This document shows positions 27,062 to 41,830 of a stretch of DNA of 64,000 bases, in pieces (positions within the stretch are counted from its first letter, which is position 1; the number at the start of each line of letters is the position of its first letter). Made by a program: the position numbers and the translations under genes. Source of the DNA: Eledone cirrhosa (lineage: Eukaryota); NCBI GenBank assembly GCA_964016885.1, contig CAXHJY010001565.1, forward strand, positions 1 to 64,000, in the 5' to 3' direction. The notes beneath the pieces are model-generated. The model saw nothing but the letters and a program-made list of their open reading frames with translations, searched no databases and was not told the origin of the DNA.

Positions 27062-27106
27062 AACGGTGCTGATGATAGCTAACAAGCTTGAAACTAGTAC
27101 ATCGTT
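27062..27106 (+). ncRNA. Type I hammerhead (also at 27528, 27994, 28460, 28926)
   Basis: AACGGTG-CTGATGA-T-AGCT-AACA-AGCT-T-GAA-ACTAGT-A-CATCGTT: 7-bp stem I, palindromic stem III, predicted cleavage after GUA at 27099. Confidence 0.9.
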
Positions 27107-29223
27107 CCTGTGTCAGTGTTGAACAAAAAGGTGACGTGGTTGCCTTAACACCGTATGGCATAAATTCAGGCTGTTCAGTTTGTTTACAAACGAACAAAGC
27201 GACGTTAGCGCCGCTAAACTGATACGTGCATATATGTATGTGTACCTGTATGCATATGTATGTATATATGTATATATATATATATATGTGCATGCTACTG
27301 TACGTCTGTATACATATATGTATGTACGTATACATGCATACTTACATTTAAGTAAGTGCCATACTAAGAGTGAGAAATGAAATTTCGTTTTCATTTTGTT
27401 TCAATTTATCGTTTTCGGTATGCCTGACCGATTTAACTCACTCAATATGCAAATTAGGCTGCTCAGCCGTTAATTTTCATAAGGAAAGTATATACTTTCG
27501 AACGTTCAACTATCTGGCAGATGGGTAAACGGTGCTGATGATAGCTAACAAGCTTGAAACTAGTACATCGTTCCTGTGTCAGTGTTGAACAAAAAGGTGA
27601 CGTGGTTGCCTTAACACCGTATGGCATAAATTCAGGCTGTTCAGTTTGTTTACAAACGAACAAAGCGACGTTAGCGCCGCTAAACTGATACGTGCATATA
27701 TGTATGTGTACCTGTATGCATATGTATGTATATATGTATATATATATATATATGTGCATGCTACTGTACGTCTGTATACATATATGTATGTACGTATACA
27801 TGCATACTTACATTTAAGTAAGTGCCATACTAAGAGTGAGAAATGAAATTTCGTTTTCATTTTGTTTCAATTTATCGTTTTCGGTATGCCTGACCGATTT
27901 AACTCACTCAATATGCAAATTAGGCTGCTCAGCCGTTAATTTTCATAAGGAAAGTATATACTTTCGAACGTTCAACTATCTGGCAGATGGGTAAACGGTG
28001 CTGATGATAGCTAACAAGCTTGAAACTAGTACATCGTTCCTGTGTCAGTGTTGAACAAAAAGGTGACGTGGTTGCCTTAACACCGTATGGCATAAATTCA
28101 GGCTGTTCAGTTTGTTTACAAACGAACAAAGCGACGTTAGCGCCGCTAAACTGATACGTGCATATATGTATGTGTACCTGTATGCATATGTATGTATATA
28201 TGTATATATATATATATATGTGCATGCTACTGTACGTCTGTATACATATATGTATGTACGTATACATGCATACTTACATTTAAGTAAGTGCCATACTAAG
28301 AGTGAGAAATGAAATTTCGTTTTCATTTTGTTTCAATTTATCGTTTTCGGTATGCCTGACCGATTTAACTCACTCAATATGCAAATTAGGCTGCTCAGCC
28401 GTTAATTTTCATAAGGAAAGTATATACTTTCGAACGTTCAACTATCTGGCAGATGGGTAAACGGTGCTGATGATAGCTAACAAGCTTGAAACTAGTACAT
28501 CGTTCCTGTGTCAGTGTTGAACAAAAAGGTGACGTGGTTGCCTTAACACCGTATGGCATAAATTCAGGCTGTTCAGTTTGTTTACAAACGAACAAAGCGA
28601 CGTTAGCGCCGCTAAACTGATACGTGCATATATGTATGTGTACCTGTATGCATATGTATGTATATATGTATATATATATATATATGTGCATGCTACTGTA
28701 CGTCTGTATACATATATGTATGTACGTATACATGCATACTTACATTTAAGTAAGTGCCATACTAAGAGTGAGAAATGAAATTTCGTTTTCATTTTGTTTC
28801 AATTTATCGTTTTCGGTATGCCTGACCGATTTAACTCACTCAATATGCAAATTAGGCTGCTCAGCCGTTAATTTTCATAAGGAAAGTATATACTTTCGAA
28901 CGTTCAACTATCTGGCAGATGGGTAAACGGTGCTGATGATAGCTAACAAGCTTGAAACTAGTACATCGTTCCTGTGTCAGTGTTGAACAAAAAAAAAAAA
29001 AAAAAGGTGACGTGGTTGCCTTAACACCGTATGGCATAAATTCAGGCTGTTCAGTTTGTTTACAAACGAACAAAGCGACGTTAGCGCCGCTAAACTGATA
29101 CGTGCATATATGTATGTGTACCTGTATGCATATGTATGTATATATGTATATATATATATATATGTGCATGCTACTGTACGTCTGTATACATATATGTATG
29201 TACGTATACATGCATACTTACAT

Positions 29224-29387
29224 ATATATATACATATACATATATATATACATATACATATATATATACATATACATATATATATACATATATATATACA
29301 TATATATATACATATATATATACATATATATATATATATACATATATATATACATATATATATATATATACATATATATACATATAC

Positions 29388-29418
<31 letters not shown>

Positions 29419-29447
29419 CATATATATACATATATATATATATATAC

Positions 29448-29489
<42 letters not shown>

Positions 29490-29545
29490 GTATATATATA
29501 TACATGTATATATATGTACATGTATATATATACATGTATATATAT

Positions 29546-29592
<47 letters not shown>

Positions 29593-29628
29593 CATGTATA
29601 TATATATACATGTATATATATATACATG

Positions 29629-29663
<35 letters not shown>

Positions 29664-29773
29664 GTATATATATATACATGTATATATATATACATGTATA
29701 TATATATACATGTATATATATATACATGTATATATATATACATGTATATATATATACATGTATATATATATAC

Positions 29774-29804
<31 letters not shown>

Positions 29805-29966
29805 CATATATATATATACATATATATATATACATATATATATATACATATATACATATATATATACATATATATATATATACATATATATACATATATA
29901 TATATACATATATATATATACATATATATATACATATGTATATATATATATATATGTATATATATC

Positions 29967-30008
<42 letters not shown>

Positions 30009-30013
30009 TATAC

Positions 30014-30072
<59 letters not shown>

Positions 30073-30406
30073 TATACATATATATATATACATATATATA
30101 TATACATATATATATACATATGTATATATATACATATGTATATATATATATATATATGTATATATATCTATATATATATGCATATATATCTATATATATA
30201 TATATATATGCATATATGTATATATATATATATATGCATATATGTATATATATGCATATATGTATGTATATATATATGCATATATGTATGTATATATATA
30301 TGCATATATGTATGTATATATGCATATATGTATGTATATATATATGCATATATGTATGTATATATATATGCATATATGTATGTATATATATATGCATATA
30401 TGTATG

Positions 30407-30441
<35 letters not shown>

Positions 30442-31190
30442 GCATATATGTATATATATGCATATATGTATATATATATATACATATATGTATATATGTA
30501 TATATATATATGCATATATGTATATATATATATATATGCATATATGTATATATATATATGCATATATGTATATATGTATATGCATATATGTATATATATA
30601 TATGCATATATGTATATATATATATATGCATATATGTATATATATATATGCATATATGTATATATATATATGCATATATGTATATATATATATGCATATA
30701 TGTATATATATATATGCATATATGTATATATATATATGCATATATGTATATATATATATGCATATATGTATATATATATATGCATATATGTATATATATA
30801 TATGCATATATGTATATATATATATGCATATATGTATATATATATATGCATATATGTATATATATATATATGCATATATGTATATATATATATATGCATA
30901 TATGTATATATATATATGCATATATGTATATATATATATGCATATATGTATATATCTATATATATATATGCATATATGTATATATATATATATATATATG
31001 CATATATGTATATATATATATATATATATGCATATATGTATATATATATATATATATATATGCATATATGTATATATATATATATATATGCATATATGTA
31101 TATATATATTATGCATATATATATATATGCATATATGTATATATATATGCATATATATATGTATATATATATGCATATATATATATATAT
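29224..31190. repeat. (TA)n with TACA/TGCA interruptions
   Basis: Direct reading. Confidence 0.95.
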
Positions 31191-31191
31191 A

Positions 31192-31713
31192 TAAAATAAA
31201 GTTAAATAAAAGTCAAATGATTAAAATTTAGCTTCGTTTATTACTGCTATATATATTTCAGTGACAGCCATCTTTGGCTGTGACCTCTTCAGGCAGTTTG
31301 AATTAGTGTGGTATAGACAGGTACATATGTTGTTTAGGTGTATGATATTGTCAATACTCTGATATGCCCAGTTCCTTGCTGGGTTGTTAATTCACTGGGG
31401 AACTGGAGTCATATCAGAGCACAACCCAGCAAGGAACTGGGCATATCAGAGTATTGACAATATCATACACCTAAACAACATATGTACTTGTCTATACCAT
31501 ACTAATTCAAACTGCCTGAAGAGGTCACAGCCAAAGATGGCTGTCACTGAAATATATATAGCAGTAATAAACGAAGCTAAATTTTAATCATTTGACTTTT
31601 ATTTAACTTTATTTTACACTACTCCGGAGTAACCAAACCAACCTGCGCACTTCGTCGAGTGCTCCAGCCTGCATACTGAGGTGTTGGTATACAACCAACA
31701 TAAACTCAAAATC
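31192..31713. mobile_element. ORF-less pLTR foldback: 196-bp inverted arms (31192-31387 and 31421-31616) plus ~96-nt tail, HHR on both strands
   Basis: + strand 31511-31565 ACTGC-CTGAAGA-GGTCACAGCCA-AAGA-TGGCTGTCACT-GAA-ATATATAT-A-GCAGT; mirror copy at 31243-31297. Confidence 0.88.
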
Positions 31714-31973
31714 TATATATATATATATATGCATATATGCATATATATATATGCATATATATATATATATACATATGCATATATATATATATATATATAT
31801 ATATGCATATATGCATATATATATATGCATATATGCATATATATATATACATATGCATATATATATATATATATATACATATGCATATATATATATATAT
31901 ATATATACATATGCATATATATATATATATATATATACATATGCATATATATATATATATATATATATACATA

Positions 31974-32007
<34 letters not shown>

Positions 32008-32096
32008 TATATATATACATATGCATATATATATGCATATATATATATATATATATATACATATGCATATATATATATATACATATATACATATGC

Positions 32097-32161
<65 letters not shown>

Positions 32162-32220
32162 TATATATATACATATGCATATATATATGCATATATATAT
32201 ATATATATATATACATATGC

Positions 32221-32308
<88 letters not shown>

Positions 32309-32310
32309 GA

Positions 32311-33385
32311 TAAGTTAATCCGGGTTGATTCGGAGGTAACCACAGTAAGTAAGGTACTCAATACATAGCAGTGTATAAAAGTTTTAATATAGAAGAGCTT
32401 CTACAGGACTAAAACTGTTTCATTTGTGAGAAATCATCAGGAAGCTGGCTGTCCAAGTAAATATGGTGGTATTTATATCTTTCCTTATCTGGTGGTAGGA
32501 GAGGGTGGGGATTGGGATGGGTGTAGCTCATTGCTTGAAGGATTTAAAGAAAAGGGAGTTCATTAAAAGCTAATTCTTTAAAGCTATAGTATTAACAAAG
32601 GCAGGAAGAATACTGTAAACCTAATCATATTTGGAATACCAATTCTAGTTTATCACTTAGACTAACAATGCCTGTAAGACAGGTGTCTACAGGATAGGTG
32701 GGGTTCAATGGTTTAAAGGAAAGGGAAATTCTTTAGAAGCTAATTCTTTAAGGCTGAAGTAAGAGTGACAAAGGCAGAAAGGGTTCCATCAACAGATTCA
32801 AGTGCTGGGGTGAAACCCCTTATTGTGAAGTTTCTCTTAATATATATTCTAGGTGTTGACAAGCACATTCATACACTCGCTCACTTACACCCGTAAGCGA
32901 CAACAACAAAAAGACTTATATCGGAATTACATCCAACAATTTTAAGACCCGGTGGTATACCCATACCCACTCATTCAAAAGACTGGACAAATCCAAACAG
33001 ACAACACTCGCCTCCTATGTCTGGAACCTCAAGCGGAACTCCACCCCTTTCATGATCAAATGGAAGTTACTACAGAGAGCGCTCTCATACATCGGAGGAC
33101 ATAAGTGTTGTGACCTTTGTATTTCAGAGACCTATGAAATACTATTTGCCAAGGACCCAACACTGAACAAACTCTCTGAACACAGCCCAAATTGCATGCA
33201 CAAAAACTTTGCAGCATACAAATATTTCAAACCAGTCTTGCACCAAAACGATAGTTTTCACAAAAACGTCATTCAATACATCACCAGAAAATGTATAAAT
33301 ACCACCATATTACATAGACAGTAGGCTTTCCTGGTGATTTCTTCTGAATGAAACATTTCTAGTCCTGTAGAAGCCATTTCTATAT
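32311..33385. mobile_element. PLE remnant(s): - strand pLTR with HHR (32397-32445) and + strand GIY-YIG 3' end with a mutated HHR (33325-33374)
   Basis: GCTTC-CTGATGA-TTTCTCACAAAT-GAA-ACAG..CTGT-A-GAAGC; the + copy reads CTGGTGA. Confidence 0.75.
32870..33324 (+). pseudogene. PLE GIY-YIG endonuclease C-terminal fragment
   Basis: KTYIGITSNNFKTRWYTHTHSF..TTLASYVWNLK..IKWKLL..CDLCISE..LNK.SE..CMHK. Confidence 0.85.
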
Positions 33386-33398
33386 TATATATATATAC

Positions 33399-33513
<115 letters not shown>

Positions 33514-33750
33514 CATAAACATGTATATATATATATATAAAAATAAACATATATATATACATAAACACATATATATAAACATATATATATAAACACATAT
33601 ATATAAACATATATATATAAACACATATATACATATATATATATATAAACACATATATACATATATATATATAAACGCATATATAAACACATATATACAT
33701 ATATATATATATATATATACATACACATGCTATATTTGTGTGTGTGTGCA

Positions 33751-33819
<69 letters not shown>

Positions 33820-34589
33820 GTAGCTATTTAGATGCTTTATATTGTCGGTACTCTTAAAATCTTTTTAATTTATTTGTATTTGTCTCCCTAAAACAAACAT
33901 TACTATTATCATTGATTTTATTTCGCTTTAATCTTAACTTTTTACTTTTTCACCAGTTGATAGTAATTGCTTCTATTTTTGGCACAAAGCCATCAATTAT
34001 CCCAGTGTATTACTGGTACCAGTTCATAATAATAACAATAGGAAGTATTTTTAGAAATAGGAGAGCGAAGTTTAAAAATTCACAATTTAAATAAAAGACT
34101 TCATCATAACAGTTTGACTATATAAAATAGTCTAACAATAATAATGGGGCATTTAAAACCCACTGAACGGAAAAAGGATGGACATCACCTCACATGGGAG
34201 TCCAACTATTTTATTTAGTAAAAAAATTACGACAAATTCTTCTAGTTCAATTTTCAATAATAATAATAGTGTATTGTCGCTTGTTTGAAGCTTTGTGAGA
34301 TATGAAAAAATAACAGGTAAAAACAAACATAAAAATGCAAATGGGACTATAAACATTGAGGTAACAAGGACAAAGATAGAAACGGGAAAATTATACAAAG
34401 AAAAAGGAAATCTGACTGTTACTTTGTAAATACTTAATAATTCCTTATATTTCGGATAAAATATCCACAGATGATGGGGAAATATTAAATAACTGTCAAA
34501 AGGGACTCAAGCGTCTATTGCTTGTGAGTTTTTTTTTTTTGGGGGGGGGGGGGGATAATGTAATGATTATAAATATATATCTATACAGG

Positions 34590-34895
34590 ATAGAGAAAAC
34601 TGCATTACCTATGACAGCACACATGCTACAAAGAGTAATTTCAAGACAAAAGAAACACAACACAAAAAAATAGCATAACACTGTGCATGTCCAAGGTCAA
34701 CGTTGCTGTGCTCTGTAGTGCAATGATAGCACACAATAATAATAATAATAATAGAACGCTTCAAAAGGCATGCTTGCTGGGAACAGCAAGAACCCTCCGA
34801 TACGTCCTGAATATCTGAGGCTGCAGGTAGTGGCTTGATATTCATGTCAACAAACTTTCCAGTTAAATAACATCAATGACTGAGACTCAAAGAAC
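34590..34895 (+). mobile_element. Two R4/Dong-type non-LTR 3' ends associated with (AAT)n
   Basis: TLQKACLLGTARTLRYVLNI* (34756-34818) flanked by AAT repeats; older IEKTALPMTAHMLQRVIS at about 34590-34643. Confidence 0.75.
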
Positions 34896-34949
<54 letters not shown>

Positions 34950-35225
34950 CCAGTAAATAAAGAAAAAAGAAAAAAAAAACACTTGTTTGTGCAATATTGA
35001 TGTAAAGTATGTTTATGATATTACAATTTAATAAAGTGTATATTAATTATCAATGTTAATTATTGTTTTGTTGTTATGATGGTGATGAGGTATCCGCAAT
35101 ACAATATTTACCCATAAATATAATTGATCTGAATGGACAAGATGACAAATTGATATAGGACCAAAGAAACAATGTTTCCATTGGTTTTTCCATTGTTAAT
35201 ATCTACCAGTTGCAACTCCCGGCAG

Positions 35226-35280
<55 letters not shown>

Positions 35281-36051
35281 GTGTGAGTGTATATATATAT
35301 ATATATATAAATAAAGTGGTCCTTCATCAGTGATCTTCCAACCATCATCGGTATTTCTTCGCTTTAAAGACCATATACCTCCGGTTGGTGCGAGCAACGG
35401 CTAAAAAAAGTCGTTGGGACACGTAAATAAAGGGAACACGAGAGTGTAAACAAACAAAGATGGTGAAGCAACGAAAAGTGAGGAAGAGCGAGTCAAGTCC
35501 AAAACATTTCCATGAATATAAGTTCAGTGAAATCATGAACGAGAGAGAATAAAGACCATCAAACCTGGTTGAAATGTGAGCAAGGAAGGAATTTCGCACA
35601 GGTCTAACGGGAGGAAGAAGGGGTCTAGTCTGTGAATTCGGTAAACATAAGTTCTGTGAAATCGTAGACGAGAGAGAGAAAAAATGCCGACCGGCCTGGC
35701 CTAGCGTGCGAAAGAAAAGAATTACGCACAGGTCAAACGGGAAGAAGGAGGAGGAGGAGAGGTAGTAACAGAGAGTGAGTGAGTGAAGGGTGAGGAAGAG
35801 GCTAACAGAGAGAGTGACTGTTAGAGATGGTAAAGATACAGAGAAAGAGGAAGCAGTAAGAATGAAATAGACGGGTCACAGCGGGGGAAAAAAATATGTG
35901 TAAATATGAGAATAAATATATATATATATGTAAGAAGCAAAGAGAATTTCAATGATACGAAAGATTTCCTGATGGAAGTCCAGGTAACCACTGAGTTGAT
36001 ATCCAGTTTCAGGGAGAAAATCCAACGAATTTGAGAGGTCCCCCGTAAGAG

Positions 36052-36128
<77 letters not shown>

Positions 36129-36807
36129 GGTAACAATGAGATTAAAAACCTTTTTTGTATAGCAAACCATATCAATCTTCTTTCCTGAATTATATATATA
36201 TATATATATGTAAAAGATAAACAGTACACTATATGGAAGGGATATATTAGGTTAACGCTTCTGCTATATCAACCCTTAACCTAATATATTCCTTCCATAT
36301 AGTGTACCGACGGTGTTGTTATTTTTGTTTATCTTTTACATACATACATACACACATATATATATATATATATATTAGGATTGGTGCTCTGAAATAGTGA
36401 TGTATACATGAATGTATGTATAGTATATTTGGTAATATACTGTATGTTTAATTAAAAATATTTTGAAGACCTTGCGCTATCATTTTAAAGTATGTCACCG
36501 GCAATTGCTCTGTATAATCAGTTCCTGATTATTACTGGAATTCTATAAGAATCCAACCTCTATAATTTTCGGCAGAGGTCGGGGAGTACGTTGCTGTTAG
36601 GAACACCAACAGTGTGAAACAGAATATGTCAGCTTCTCTCCCTTCCTTTGGTGAAAAAAGAAGTAAGTGACATAGTCACTACTTTAAAATAATAGTGCAA
36701 GGTCTTCAAAATGTGTTTTAATAGGAAACAACACATCACCCGGTCCAAGAATTGAACTCAGACCATTTTATTGCAAGCCCAATGCTCTAACTACTAAGCC
36801 ATGCGCC

Positions 36808-36809
<2 letters not shown>

Positions 36810-36857
<48 letters not shown>

Positions 36858-39060
36858 ACATACATATACACACATATACACATTCATGCACACATACTTA
36901 TACACACATATACACATACATTCATACATACATATACACATTCATACACATACATATACACACATATACAGATACATTCATACATACATACACACACACA
37001 TATACACACACACACACATTCATATATACATACACACCCACATATACACATACATTCATACATATACACACACATACATATACACACATATACACATACA
37101 TTCATACAGACATATACACACATATACACTTTCATACACACACACATATACACACATATACACATGCATTCATACATACATATACACACATACATATACA
37201 CACATACACATACATTCATACATACATACACACATACATATACACACATATACACATACATTCATACATACATACACATACATATACACACATATACACA
37301 TACATTCATACATATACACACATACATATACACATATACACATACATACATATACACACATATACACATACATTCATACATACATCTACACATACATATA
37401 CACATATACACATACATTCATACATATACACACATACACATACATTCATACATACATACACACATACATATACACACATATATATATACACATACATATA
37501 CACATATACACATTCATACACACACATATACACATACATACATATACACACACACATACATTCATACATACATACACGCATACATACACATATACACATA
37601 CATTCATACATATACACACATACATATACACACATATACACATACATTCACACATACATCTACACACATACACATATACACATACACATTCATACATACA
37701 TATACACACATACATATACACACATATACACATTCATACACATACATATACACACATATACACATACACATTCATACATACATATACACACATATACACA
37801 TTCATACACACATGCATATACACAGATTCACATACATTCATACATACATCTACACACATACATCTACACACATACACATATACACATACACATTCATACA
37901 TACATATACACACATACATACACACATACATATACACACATATACACATTCATACACATACACACATATACACATACACATTCATACATACATATACACA
38001 TACATATACAGACATACACACACACACACATATACACATTCATACACACATACATATACACAGATTCACATACATTCATACATACATATACATACATACA
38101 CATATACACATACACATTCATACATACATATACACACATACATATACACACATACATACACACATATACACATTCATACACATACATATACACATACACA
38201 TTCATATATACATATACATATACACACATACATATACACACATATACACATTCAAACACATATATATACACAGATTCACATAGATTCATACATACATATA
38301 CACACACACATACATTCATACATACATACATGCACACATACACATATACACATACATTCATACATATACACACACATATACACAGATTCACATACATTCA
38401 TACATACATACACATTCATACACACATGCACACATATACACATACATTCATACATATACACACACATACATATACACACATATACACATACATTCACACA
38501 TACATCTACACACATACATATACACACATATACACATTCATACACATACATATACACACATATACACATACACATTCATACATACATATACACACATACA
38601 TATACACACATACATACACACACACATATACACATTCATACACACATGCATATACACAGATTCATATACATACATATACACATACACATACACATACATA
38701 TACACACATACACATATACACATACACATTCATACATATACACACACATACATATACACACATATACACACACATATACATATACATATATACACATATA
38801 CACATACATTCATACATATACACACACATACATATACACACATATACACACATATACACACATACATATACATATACATATACACATACACATATACACA
38901 TACATTCATACATATACACACACATACATATACACACATATACACACACACATATACACATTCATACACACATACACACATATACACATACACATTCATA
39001 CATATAGACACACACACATATACACACATACATATACACACACATACACATACACACACA
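36810..39060. repeat. Mixed (CA)/(TA)/(CATA) microsatellite
   Basis: Direct reading. Confidence 0.95.
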
Positions 39061-39446
39061 TACGACATCCAGCGAGCACCACTTCCGTAAAACAGTAATC
39101 CATCATTCCATTCAGGGGCGGTGAGGGAGACCCCTTTTATCACCACAACTCCTTACCCCTACTAGACATCAGCCCCCTACACTCTCAAGGAACATCACAC
39201 CCCATCAACTCCCTACCCCATACTAACCCCCCCCCCAGCACCACGGACCCCCCCCCAAGCACCACATCCCCCCCCCACACACACACACACCGCTTAAAAA
39301 AAAATCCCTACACCAAATATTCCTTTCAATAGGGCAAACAAGAACCGAAAGAGAATTTGGCTGTTATTTCTAGCGGATCTAGCAAACCACTTCGAAAGGC
39401 TTCCTCATTCTCTCAGGGACGTGTGCGTGAGTGTGTGTATGTATGA

Positions 39447-39503
<57 letters not shown>

Positions 39504-39589
39504 TCTATGTGTGTTATATGTAAGTTTGTGTGTGTGTGTACGTCTGCACGTGTGTAGATGTAGTATACCAGTAGTTTCTTTACACCGTT

Positions 39590-39630
39590 AGCAGCAGCAG
39601 CAGTTGTAGTGGTAGTAGTAGTAGTAGTAA

Positions 39631-39668
<38 letters not shown>

Positions 39669-39691
39669 ACAGCAGTAGTAGTAGTAGTAAC

Positions 39692-39722
<31 letters not shown>

Positions 39723-39724
39723 AC

Positions 39725-39758
<34 letters not shown>

Positions 39759-39760
39759 AC

Positions 39761-39800
<40 letters not shown>

Positions 39801-40180
39801 ACAGCAGCAATAGTAGTAGTAGCAGTAGAAGTAGTAGTAACAGCAGTAGTAGTAGTAGTAGTAGTAGCAGTAGTAGTAGCAATAGTAGTAGCAGTAGTAG
39901 TAGTAGACGTAGAAGTAGTAGTAACAGCAGTAGTAGTAGAAGTAGTAGTACTAGTAACAGCAGTAGCAGTAGTAGTAGTAGTAACAGCAGCAGTAGTAGT
40001 AACAGCAGTAGTAGTAGTAATAGTAGTAGTAGTAGTAACAGCAGTAGTAGTAGTAGTAGCAGCAGCAGTAGTAGTAGTAGTAGCAGCAGCAGCAGCAGCA
40101 GCAGCAACAGTAGTAGTAGTAGTAACAGCAGTAGTAGTAGTAATAGTAGTAGTAGTAGTAGTAGCAGTAGTAGTAGTGAC
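39590..40180. repeat. (TAG/CAG)n trinucleotide repeat
   Basis: Direct reading. Confidence 0.95.
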
Positions 40181-40351
40181 GTCTGCTGTTGTCCCACAGT
40201 CCATTCATGCTTGGCTGAGCCTGTGATTGGTAGGGCTGACAGCTGACCTACCGCACACTAAATTCATTCATCATCCCTCACCACTGCAACTACTTATAGT
40301 TCTACCTCCCACCTATGTTACTGGCTGTGTACATGTATGGATGGCTTTTCC

Positions 40352-40397
<46 letters not shown>

Positions 40398-41046
40398 TAT
40401 ATATATTACATATATGGTGGCTGCCAACTCGTTTTCGAGTACGGCCACTACTTTATAACCATGTAGGAGAACCCCTACCGACGCGCTGAGCGAGTGTGGC
40501 TTTTTAGTCCAGCCAGCGACTTGAAAACTCTGGTACAAACACTACACTTGTGACAATTATTGACACATAGTGCTGGGCCCATGGTACCATGTGACGACAA
40601 GTGCAGAGAGATCTCCAGATATAAAGCAATGCCTGTGCCGTGAAGCTTTTATAGTGAGCAAAGGCACTGCACAAAGCCAGTCCCACTCTCTTAACCAAGA
40701 TGATATTTACCAAAAAGAAGAACAAGTCAACATCATTGGATACCATCAGAGTTGCAGGTGTTATATCAGAGTTTTCCTTCTCCTAGAATTCTGCCTTGAC
40801 AAGGGCTAAGGGGTCATCTCTTCCGGTCATTTTGGATGGCCATTGACTCTTAAGAGCTCCTTTGCCCTTTGAGAGGTTTTGTTTTTAGTCCTGCAGGATG
40901 TCCAAAGTCACCCTCCTCACCAAGAAACCTTGGTGGGGTTGCCAGTTTAGTCGCCAACGACCCAACCATGAGACAGGTTGTTGTACTGGGATACATGTTA
41001 CCAGTAGCACCAACTATATATATACATATATACATCTACATATATA

Positions 41047-41080
<34 letters not shown>

Positions 41081-41322
41081 TATATAGTCCAGAAATATAT
41101 ATGAGTCCAGAATTAGCCGTCGAAATGGCTTGAGCTCTGCCGTCGGTGTCATACCTTTTCCTATTACCCACTCTACTACCCTAAGTATAGAGTACCCTGG
41201 TGCGTTATGGTCCATCTGGTTCCTTACCACAATTCCTTCGTTATATATAGATATATATATATACATATATATATATATACGATATATTAACAAATGGAAA
41301 CTATATTTATAAAACCATATTT

Positions 41323-41385
41323 ATTTCATTATACATATTTCAAGGACACCAAGTTAAATGATGGTGTGCTTTCATCAGATAAAAT
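41323..41385 (-). ncRNA. Type I hammerhead in a pLTR-like element (about 41280-41460)
   Basis: ATTTTAT-CTGATGA-AAGCACACCA-loop-TGGTGTCCTT-GAA-ATATGTAT-A-ATGAAAT. Confidence 0.8.
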
Positions 41386-41519
41386 ATAATATAGAGCAGT
41401 TTTATAAATAAATATTGACATACCCTTAAAGAATGCGACCATTTCTGTTGGAAGCTCCCGGATATATAAATATGTACAAAGTGTTAAAACGTTCACATTT
41501 TAGTTTAGAACATTTATTA

Positions 41520-41564
41520 GCTGACAATTGTTTCTTCCAGAGGGAAGTCTGGAATCATCAGAGC
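41520..41564 (-). ncRNA. Type I hammerhead
   Basis: GCT-CTGATGA-TTCCAGA-CTTCCC-TCTGGAA-GAA-ACAATTGT-C-AGC; GUC site, palindromic stem III. Confidence 0.85.
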
Positions 41565-41830
41565 ATAAGGAATGTCGAAACATGTAACTAAAATCCTAGT
41601 CATTTAGAACATTTAGGGTACATAAGTGTTGTTAGTGTCAAAGGAGAGTCCGGAGTTTAAAAGATGTTCTGCTTGAAAGAACACAATTACAGGCAACACT
41701 GGTTGGAAGTGTAATAGGTATAATTAAAAAGCACAAGCAAAAAAAATCACAAGTAAAAAAAACGCAGGCAAAAAGGTTATAAGCAAGGACAATTGGTGTA
41801 CAGTGCAGAGGTTAATACAGTCAATAAGGC

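Larger units (their letters stand above)
23481..29223. mobile_element. Palindromic tandem array of 466-bp hammerhead-containing units (retrozyme-like): 7 units plus a partial at 23481-26786; inverted partial, 4 full and 1 near-full units at 26782-29223
   Basis: Unit starts at 23481, 23946, 24412, 24878, 25344, 25810, 26276, 26742; inversion at GTATG 26782-26786; one HHR per unit. Confidence 0.93.

Noticed and set aside
29102-31231. Long ORFs (709, 765, 1057 aa and others) rich in Y/I/H/T/C/V
   Set aside because: Translations of stop-free microsatellites in several overlapping frames; not genes
35325-35346. CTGATGAAGGACC on the minus strand
   Set aside because: Only the 5' half of a hammerhead; truncated by (TA)n with no GAAA half
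39413-40226. Poly-Thr, poly-Leu and poly-Val ORFs
   Set aside because: (TAG)n microsatellite translation
40420-41015. Possible LINE 5' UTR fragments or HDV-like ribozyme
   Set aside because: Looks repeat-derived, but I could not establish a family or a nested double pseudoknot by eye
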